A DNA stretch of 57,422 bases, the filler included, from Sphacelaria rigidula (lineage: Eukaryota), in assembly GCA_964200075.2 (NCBI GenBank). It is 7 parts of 7 records of this genome, joined end to end, with 100 filler letters (N's around TTAATTAATTAA, not from the genome) between each part and the next. Parts side by side here need not be neighbours in the genome. Positions count along the whole stretch, not along the records: positions 41,089 to 49,205 come from CAXNAA020012238.1; positions 49,306 to 57,422 come from CAXNAA020012239.1; 5 more parts are not named here. The stretch is one strand, 5' to 3'. Under the pieces are notes generated by a model, which was given only the letters and a program-made list of their open reading frames with translations, searched no databases and was not told where the DNA came from. The stretch's first letter is position 1. The number at the start of each line of letters is the position of its first letter. Shown piece by piece: positions 48,001 through 57,422 of the stretch. A program made the translations under genes and the position numbers.

Positions 48001-51000
48001 CATTCTGCAGTAATTCTAACAGCTGGTCATATTCGCTGCGTATTGTGGGATGTCCTGACGAAATGCGGGTCAGGTGTTCAGCGCATGGTCTGGAATCCCG
48101 CCATATTCGCCACCATTTACAACAAGACGGCAGCGTTCAAAGAAATAAATACATTTGACCGACGAAACTTATCGGACGATCTGTAGGAGAACATAATGGA
48201 TTCCACCAATCAGAACTGTCAATACCACCTCTTCACCCTCCACCAGGCGTACTGCCTGACCTAGAAATTTCCTGGAAACATTCATGGTTGATTTACAAAG
48301 CTCCCACGATCGGCGAACCCGCAGGTGTCCCGCTCGAAAACTTGGAAATATGTAGGCTGTCAGCCTGCCATGCTGTTTCCAAACGATGCTGGAGATCAAA
48401 AGGTCAAGCCTTTGAGCGCCGGGACTCTTTTCGGTACAATGTTACGGCTGAAATTCCCGCGGAAGAAGTACACATCATATTGTTGTGATCTCACGTCTGG
48501 AACGCGGTACATCTGTCCGTACAGGATGAAGATGAGTCGATACGATACTCCAGACAGAACAGTCCATGGTGACTCGTCATTGCTCTCCTTCTGTCTAAGT
48601 TGCACAACGCTGTCATCAAGCACTTGCACACAAACCCGTGCTGGGCACAACTTGGTTTTGCACGTATGCTATGAAGCTTTCGCTCGATATATCCCCCATT
48701 TATTCTCAATGGCACCTTCACAACTGGCGTAATATGGCGTTTTCAAATTGAACAAAGCTGCCGTTTCTCAGGTGTTATATGGTCCACCTGAGGGGTCCCG
48801 TGGCAAAAGGACTAACTTGCGATACTGCACGAGTAATGCGTTGACTTGGGGTCGTGTACTGTACAACTACTTAGCGGGTTCCGCGTTAAGTATGAATTGT
48901 TCCGTTCACCCTTGAGAAGAAAGACGAATTAGCACTGAAACGCCTACAGACCACTTCTAGAGAACGGTATGGAAGAAAAAGTTCCTCTTGGATCCGATTC
49001 TTTTTTTCGCGCATTCCTGAACCTTTTTGTTTATACCATCACTCCGATCGACTCCGCTTGGACGATTTCAAGGGTCGGCCAAATAATGATTCATCTGGAA
49101 ATTACTTGGTTTTAGTATGATCAGTCGACTCGTGACAAAGCAATCCCTAGGCTTTATTTCCGCGTTGCAACCCAGGTGCACGCAGCCCAGACACGTGGAA
49201 TGGCGNNNNNNNNNNNNNNNNNNNNNNNNNNNNNNNNNNNNNNNNNNNNTTAATTAATTAANNNNNNNNNNNNNNNNNNNNNNNNNNNNNNNNNNNNNNN
49301 NNNNNACATATTTTTTATTATTCCACTAACACAGGATCAACCCTGTGTTAGTGGGGGTCCGGTCCCAAAAGGGTTGAGCAGTAACGAGGGGGGCATGGTC
49401 GCTCACTTATGTGCTCGAAAGAACCGGCACTGGTATTAGTGGGGTGGTGATGACCTCTCTGCGGCAGTGACGCTACATCACTACAGCACGCCACAACACA
49501 CGAGACACCTACGGGACAATGAGCTGTTGAAACACGCTAAACATAAAACCCGAAACCCTGGTGGAGGTATACAAATCAGAACAGGATGGTACGAAAATCT
49601 ACGTGCTGCCATAATATCGTTCTCGAAATCAAATTTGCCGCGGGCTTGTTTCACCAGAATTAAAAAAATTGTGGGCCAAAAATCTGTTTGCCATTACATC
49701 CGGCCTGATAGATCATGATTTCAACCATTTTCAAAATTTTCGACGGTGGTTGAAATTATGGCTGTCAGATCGGGATTTTTGCTTTCCACCGCACAATTTC
49801 GATCGAAAGCTAATTAAATGTGCGAAGACACGGCTTAAGACACGGCCCAAGACACGACCTCACCAAAAAATATATGTAGAAAGGGTGAAAGTCAGAGCCT
49901 CCGCACATACCCAATGTCAAGTCTAACGTATATGGTGCCAAAGTTTGAAGAAAAATTACTCAAACTTGAGCACACAATCGCTGTTAATTTTCAATATTCC
50001 TGTTCGCATCTTCGGCGGTCCAGCTTGTACGGGTCTGAAAAACACGCCTCGGGGTAACAGTTTCGGGTGAAAGCTAGCTGTCAAGCCTCAACCATATGTC
50101 GTTCGTGGAACAGCTCCTCGAAGTCCACATTTTTCCACCGCCAGTGCCAAATGGATTAAGCGACATTCACGCAGCACATCGGACGGAAGTGATTAAAATA
50201 TTTGAAGCTGGAACCTGATGCCCCAGCCTCATGATCCACCGTCAAAATCAACCCCCGACCAGCCGGGAGTACAGAGCTGCGATAGTGTCAGTCGTCTGCC
50301 GAAAGCGTCGAGTGCTCAAGAGGACCACGATCATTGACAGCCAAAAATACCCTACCCTACCTTGGTTGGATAATATTTTGGTGAAATGGCCCAAAACCGA
50401 CGTCATCACCGCACTTGTCGCGACGTCAAGGTTTGCAAGTCTTACCACTGCGCGTGTATGCAGGGGTGTTATATACCATCATACAATGCAGTCAGCACAA
50501 CCACATTACCTGCACAGCGCAGTAAAGAGAGCTGAAGCACTTATGGTACAGACAACATTAGCATAGAAAACTTCACGTACGTCATGCGGTATCTATATAT
50601 ATTTCGTCCGCGTGGTAAAATCAAGTGTCGAGAGCAGGAAATCGTGTCAAGGGGCGACGTGAACGGGGGTGATATATCCCGTCACGTAGACCACTGCGGG
50701 TTCAAGGTTCATTGATATCCTTCGTTCTCGCTTCGTTCATCTCACACAGTCGACTAGGACGAACTTCCACTTATTGCAATGCCAAATATATACATAGTAG
50801 TATACTATACCTTCTCTGATGATCGTACCCTCTCACCTGGTCTCGTTGAAGCCGGCAGCAACACTTGCAAAAGCACGCTGACCCCACTGTTGCTGTCGCT
50901 GTGCGCTAGCTCTTAGTGGCATCGCCACCCACGCCCGCAACATTTTGCTACGCGGAAGTCTGGTAACCACTTAATCAAGATTGTTATTTATGGACGACCT

Positions 51001-51203
51001 TGATCCAGAGTGAATCACACAGTAGGTAGAGATAGCGTGCGGCACAGGACGAAGCCGACCGTTATCTCGTTCAATGAATCAGGCTCGCTCTGCCGGCGCC
51101 GAGCACTTGGAGTTATACACCCGGGCCGGATTTCTCTGACCCGCAGTTGTATAGATATCGCCTGGCAACAGCACGAGTACAGAAGTAGAGTCCCCCATAT
51201 GGA

Positions 51204-51567
51204 GTGTGTAGTGTGTGCTATCATCGCATCTATTCTGGACGCCGGTCTACACATTTCGGTATATGAGGGCGCATCAGCAGGGGTCACACAGGAAGAAGTT
51301 CAACACAGGAGCTTTTTTTTGTTCTTGTTTTTCCTATTACTCCACCTTCCTTCTGCCGTGCTTGTCTTGATTTTTTATCGCGAGAGGGGTTCATCAGCAG
51401 TCCCTTTCCCTCGTCGACCGTTGAGTCGAATTTTGCGTACCCACAACATAGTCGCTCTCCACTGTTGGGCGTGGTGTGAGAAAAAAATCCGAGATCGCTC
51501 CGAGATTTGAACCCACGACCCGCCAACCGTCAGAACGTGTCGAGGTTTCTAACTGAGCCACCGGGAC
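51204..51567 (-). mobile_element. tRNA-derived SINE, full-length copy
   Basis: Reverse complement of the 24055 family, with A box TGGCTCAGTTAG, B box GGTTCAAATCT and a CA-rich tail. Confidence 0.85.
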
Positions 51568-53875
51568 AAATGGTGAAACGTAATATACTCGTTCCGAGAA
51601 AAATATTGAAGACTGCATGCGGATCTTGTGCGGATGTTGCATGATCGCATACTTGGAAAGTCAGTACAACAGTGTGTCGTACTCCACTATACGGCAGTGG
51701 GACAGTAGTAGTAAATCAAGAGTAACTCATTCTTGTTCGTGTAAAAGTTTTACTCGATCAGTCAAGCTGCTGCCGGATGTCACAAACGTTTGAGTAAGTG
51801 ATACTCGTAGAGATATCTCAAACTCGAGGTTCCCGGTGTACACTTGACAGTAGATTCACTCACCCCACGTCGTTGCCATGATGATCAACAACAACGGTAA
51901 CATGCACTACAAATGTCTCTAGTGTGATGCAACAGTATATATATATATATACATATACCGTCTGTGTGCGGGTTTTACATTATTCTACTGAATTGCGTGC
52001 GGGGAAAGTACAGAACCGTGGAAAAAAAAAAAGCACATATGCGGAATGCGGAATGTTAGAAATGAGAACTCGATCTTTTCACGTGATCGCCAAAGGGGAA
52101 AGGTTGAACTTCACTATTTGATTGGGAGAGACTGCTAGGAGGCACTAAAACGAACAGTTCTGGTAACATATCCTCCCAGAGCAACACGGGTTCTAGTAGG
52201 CTGTCGTATCCCTCCAAGTCAAAGCAGCACCCGTCGAGGGCGGACGGCTCCGGAAGTTTTTGCACAGGAGATTAGAAGAGAGTTCGGCCTACGATCGTAC
52301 AGGTGAGCATGGGCTGACCACATGGTGTTCTCTTGTTGCGCGTTGCATGGTTCACGTGGATTGTCGTGATTCTTTGACACACTCGATATACATTTGTTGT
52401 TGGTTCTTGTCTAAGAATCACAACGATATACGGCCACTTGATCATCGTCGGTTACAGGGTCAGTTACGTTCCTACGATAGGGCAATGCAGGAGCTGTGTA
52501 AGTGCAGTCAGCACAGCTCACCAAAGGTAGCCAACAGCTGTATACCGTGGCTGTACTGTCCCATGCTGCACTTTTATACTGCACGAGGATATGGGACACC
52601 CAAAGCCGCAGTTCCCATCCATAAGAGTAGATCATTGCCGAGTGAGATGAAACATAGCTCCCTTCCGTCGCTTGGCACATGCAGCATTGCGCGAACTTCA
52701 CCTTTGGCAACTGATGACGAAGTCAGTCACATGCAGTACGATACAGTCAGTGCAGTGTTGGCTGTTTCTTGTCTCTGCGGTCGCTTGCGCTGACGGCTTG
52801 CAGCTGGTCGCCAGCCAAGAATAGTTCTGCGAGCGCATACTAGCGAGACTGTTTTTTGACGTAACCATTGCAGCAGCGCTAGTTGCGGGCTGTATGCACT
52901 GGAAAACTGAAGTCCATCAACAACTTGGTTGATAGATACATGCGCCAATTTACCCAAACCGTTCAACCGCACATTCAAATTGTTCCAACAGCGCAAAAGA
53001 GGGTACATAACGTCACTATATTCACTGCACATTCCCCAACTGCCAGTTCGGTCGCAGTAGCTTGACCAGTGTCTGCAGTGTTGTCTGTGCTTCAGACATT
53101 ACAACATCTGTGGCGCTGTCTTATCAAAATGTTTTCGTGTCGAAAACTAGCGGTCGAATCGAATTCGCTCGTTTCTGATTCCTCCACGCTACTAATTTTC
53201 TCAGATGGTTGAGAACAGGAATGCCGTGGACGTATCAGGTACGAGCAAATTTGATTCCACCGTATGTTTTCAAGTCAGAAACAATTTGATCAGACACGGC
53301 CTGTGTGTTTGTTCCTAAACTCCTCGAGAGAAGAAAATATTTACAGCCCTGCTGTGTGGGGACATGCACGGCAAAACAACGTTCTCTGCACACCCCTTTC
53401 TCGTGTAGGTAATCCGCAACAGATTTATCCGACGGGCACCCTGTACAACACCCCCCCCCAAAAAAGAAAGAAAGAAAAAGGACACAAATGAAAAGCATAC
53501 ACTTGAAATCTTTGCGCTGGCGCAGGAAGTCTCTCGTCAGCAATTAATTGCCGAAGATGGGGACCCTTCCGACATATTCGAATTTGCCCGCGACATGGTA
53601 CATGCCTTGACCGCGACGGTAGGTCCTCTGGGCCGTGCATTCATGTTCAAAGTGAAATTGATGCCGATTGAACAGATGGAGGTTGGTTCACCACTTGGTG
53701 AAACAGATGACCTGTGTCGGCGGTCAGAGGGATATGAAACTAACTCCCAACAGCGAAGCATGAGGCTTCTTCTATATTCAACAGTAATTTACTGTCAGAT
53801 AAATGCGAAACCTCGACAGGGAGATCCATCGATCTTATCTGAGATAGTAGGAAAAAACGGTATGCACCCAGGACT

Positions 53876-54089
53876 GAACCCCCCTGGGCGATGAGAAAGA
53901 AAAATAAAAGGCAAGCACCGCAAAGGGAAGGTGGAGTATTAAACACAGACAAGAAAGAGAAAAATTCCTGTGTTGACCGTTCTCCTGTGTGACCCCGGCT
54001 TGTGCGCCCACATACACCGAAAGGTGTAGACCGGCGGCCCAGAATAGATGGGACGACAACACGCGCGCGCGCACACACACACACACACA
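53876..54089 (+). mobile_element. 5'-truncated copy of the same SINE with a (CG)n(CA)n tail
   Basis: Matches the 3' ~190 bp of the SINE body (AAGGCAAGCACCGC…CCTGTGTGACCCCGGCT…GATGGGACGACAACAC). Confidence 0.85.
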
Positions 54090-56447
54090 GGGGTTTCCAA
54101 ATAAGGAGCTCTGTGTTGGAAATAACCAGCTCTATGTTTATCCCGGTACTGTACTGTCACAGTACTTCCACCAGTGCGGCAAGAACCATGTTAACATCAG
54201 CTCCCCTGGGTCGTTCTTATCTGGTGTTATGAACTACGCTGGAATGCCCTGTGCTACCTTGTCCGAATTCCATGTTTATGGGGCACCTTCCCTCGTCACT
54301 AATGTCAATACACGTACAAAAGAGTTTACCTCCAACGGAGTCCTCAGCAGAGTTTCACCAAATGATGGGAAATAATGAAGTAATGGTTTTCACTTGATTT
54401 TAGGCTGGACACTGCAATTTGAATTTTTGGAGGTGCTGACAGCGCCAAGTGCTCCCGTTTTATTTTGGCTCGCCACGAACGTGGTTGTGTCTGAATCGGG
54501 GGCGCCGCGTCGAAGTCTGCCAACGCACGCTTTGCCCGGAGCACTCTCTGCACCCCTCGTGCCCGAAAATTCTTTCGTGCCTTGATCGGGGTTACTGGTA
54601 GGTTTGATGGTGAACCGGCATCGAAACGGCTGAGAGTGATACAAAAACGAACACGACAACGAGACAGGCAAATGCAACGTGAGAAGAGGGTTGTTGTGCT
54701 GCCTTCGAAATCAGTGTTCTCCCCCGCCCTAAGTTCATGTTTTAATGAGACAAGAAAAATGAGGACGCGCCGACAGAGTGAGAGTGATTCTGGCGTGTTA
54801 TAGTATTGTTTTTCTCTTGTCCCAGCTTGCCCTTCCAATCGATTGTCCGTCAGTTCTGAACCAATCAAAAAAAGCTCAACACGTTTTTCCCCCCAACCGC
54901 CAGAATCGCTCCCATTCTCACGACGCGCTCCCACTTTTTTTCTCTCGTCACAATGGGCCGTAATGGAAGTGCTGCACTACTGTGTATGCAATAACTCTTG
55001 GCTCAACCACGTGCTATGTCCCTATTTCGGCTTCGAAATGTATCTCAAGAAATGTGATGTACATACTTGGACAGGCGAAAATACTGTTTTCAACAATATC
55101 CTCATACGTGCTGTCTCTATACTTGTCCTAGAGCACAACCAACGAAGTGAACAATCCCCCGGCGGTTTGCGGGAGAAAAAGGCGCCGCCATTGTTCGCAT
55201 AAATAAGTGTTGATGCTTTATGTAACAGGGTGCGTGCACTGCGCCAATTTGACAGGGTGTATTAGTGGGTCGGACCTCCACACTGCCTTGAGCAAAGCTT
55301 GCGAACGCTCGAGATGCCTACCCCACATGAGGGCAGTCTATCCGAGCCTCCTAATAATCGGCGCACGAACCCGCTTGCGGGGTAATTGTTGGGTCAGGTT
55401 TCCTCCTTCCTTCAAGCAGAAAAATGATGCTATCGTACTGTTGTAGCCCAGTGTAGAAGCAAGAGCTCTCGTTCAAACTAACCTCGGGTCCTGCTCGTGT
55501 CCCGAGTCGTCCACAGGCCGTGTCCCTTGATCATCAGGGTGGGACATCTGGGCACTGACTTGGGCTCATTTTGATAATTTCAATGGATGTGATGATGCCA
55601 ATTCCGCAGATGATCACTCACCCCTGCCGGTTAGGCCATGTCTTGCGGCCTGTTTCATTCAGCACACGATATTTTTTCGATCGAAAAAGTACGGTGGGAG
55701 CAAATAATTCTGGTCTGAAAGACACCCTGTTTGAGCCCGGTCTGGGAGCGTGTCTTGGCAGATCATACGTATTTCGATCGGAAAACTGCCTGCACTGTCC
55801 ATGAGCGTGTACGCACGTAGATCGCCCACTCTACACGGCAATTCCGTCACCTACCCCAAATTCATACAATGAAAGAAGATGCGTTCAGGCCAACTCTAAT
55901 GGGGGCCATCCAGAAATCAGTTGAAAACTGCCTCCTTGGCCCTTCCCGCTGGCCACAGTTTTTTCTTCGGCCAAACTTGCATTCCCCTGGTTTGATCGAA
56001 GTGCCTCGTGCTTTCCCGCCACATGCTTTTGATCGAAAGAGTTAAAAGCGAAGGGCTTGTCTCAGACTGCTTGTCATGTATAAAAAATAACAACTTATTG
56101 AAACGTGCATTTTTGGCCCCTCTCCATCGGTCTCCTCCCGAAAAGAGGGCAACTGGAGGCGGATGTTGACACCTCGAAATGACTTGCTCTACTCGCCGCG
56201 GACATTCCAGAGCACCTTTGCGTTCTCCGAAGGTCACGGTTTCGTTTTTGACCGAAGTTGCATTTTCAATGACTAACGGTCAAGTTGCCAAAAAAATGCC
56301 AGTTTTCCCCCTGTTTTTTCCCAACAAGTCATTCCAAGGTGTCAATATCCGCAAAGCCCTTTTTCGGGGGAAAAACGACGGAGAAGGTTCAAAAACGCAC
56401 TTTTCAACCAGAACAAGATTCATTTTTTCATACATGAGGCCTCAGCA

Positions 56448-56600
56448 CTTTTTTTTTCGATCGAAAATATGCGGTGAAAAAACAAATAATATTCCGATCT
56501 GACCGTGATTTCAACTATCGCAGTTTTTTAAGGTGGTCGAAATCACGATCTAGTAGATCGGGATATTTGTTTTTCACCGCACTTTTTCGATCGAAAACTA
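56448..56600. repeat. ~150-bp imperfect palindrome bounded by TTTTCGATCGAAAA
   Basis: The arms are reverse complements. A related hairpin lies at ~49700-49810, and the TTCGATCG(A)AAA motif recurs at ~55675 and ~55772. Confidence 0.7.
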
Positions 56601-56863
56601 ATGTGCTACGACACGGCCTGAGCTCTGTCGCATTATGCCTTCCGGCCGCGCCTAAAAATATATCGATGATGGCTAGAATCAGCTGAGAAAATTCAAGCCG
56701 TCGACCTGTCATTTCGAATTTTTTCTCTTCCACTTCCACCCCTCTTGTTCGATGGTAACAGTGTGGTGGAAAAGAATAAAATCCTATCTGATCGAGGCCA
56801 CCGACACTTTTGGGCGTAGATCTATGGTTGATTTTTTCAAACAAACTGACAAAAACGCTAGCC

Positions 56864-56886
56864 CACCCTAACCCTAACCCTAACCT
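56864..56886 (+). repeat. Short interstitial telomere-like (CCCTAA)3
   Basis: CCCACCCTAACCCTAACCCTAACC. Confidence 0.55.
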
Positions 56887-57422
56887 CGACCCAAGGCGTA
56901 CGAGACTATTGGGCTCGGGGGGATGCGCAGATTCTCCCAGGTGAAGTGTGCATTGGCAGACCTCCAATCGACGCCGCCGGCGCCGATTTCGACAAAAACA
57001 CGTCCTGGACGAGCTGGGTCCACCGCTCACCTGCCCCAAACCATACATTTTCTCGGAACTTTCTCTAACCCTAACATCAAGTAGTCATGCTGTTAACCGT
57101 AAATATGCACCAAAAACTTCAGGTCTACTGATCTGATCGGTCGTCATTTATGCCGACGTCAGTTGTGTTGAAATGACGACCCATCATATCAGAAAAATTC
57201 ATTCCACCACACCTTCTCGATCGGGCAAAAAAGATGCAGAGACACGCCCTAATAATTGATTGATTGATTGATGTCGCTCTTCAACTGACCCCCCCAGGGG
57301 TCCAGTCGTGGTCTCATGATAGACGATACCATTTTTTATAGCAACGATTCACGGTTAGGACAAATCATCACGACTCAAAATCACCAAATTCACGACTTCT
57401 TCTGCCTGATTGCCCGAAAGGG

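Noticed and set aside
46600-48750. Gene or transposase in the short ORFs here
   Set aside because: No recognisable motif or consistent exon chain.
52050-54400. Possible multi-exon minus-strand gene
   Set aside because: Several exon-like segments exist, but I could not assemble a phase-consistent model or recognise a domain.

Overview
Eukaryotic, intron- and repeat-rich genomic DNA. It most resembles a brown alga (Phaeophyceae, Ectocarpus/kelp-like), inferred from gene style and a characteristic NB-ARC/TPR gene. The window is not one locus: it is seven contigs of 8117-8118 bp joined by artificial 100-bp N44-TTAATTAATTAA-N44 linkers, so neighbourhood across linkers is meaningless. Contigs 1-3 are mostly decayed transposons: two Ty3/Gypsy retrotransposons, a Stowaway/plant-mariner-type end, a tyrosine-recombinase (DIRS/Ngaro-like) relic and tRNA-derived SINEs, plus the first exon of a secreted protein. 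Contig 4 (24655-32771) holds the most interesting structure. A minus-strand NB-ARC-type exon is followed by a 420-bp-period tandem array in which each unit is one phase-0, 126-nt TPR exon plus a near-identical intron. None of the three cassettes reads through: one has a 1-nt deletion and two end in TAG exactly at the splice donor. Contig 5 carries a three-exon ABC1/UbiB-family gene with degenerate catalytic motifs. Contig 6 has a TPR co-chaperone-like last exon converging on an EFCAB11-like EF-hand gene with a GC-AG intron. Contig 7 is mostly repeats. All calls are from reading the sequence; no database searches were run.
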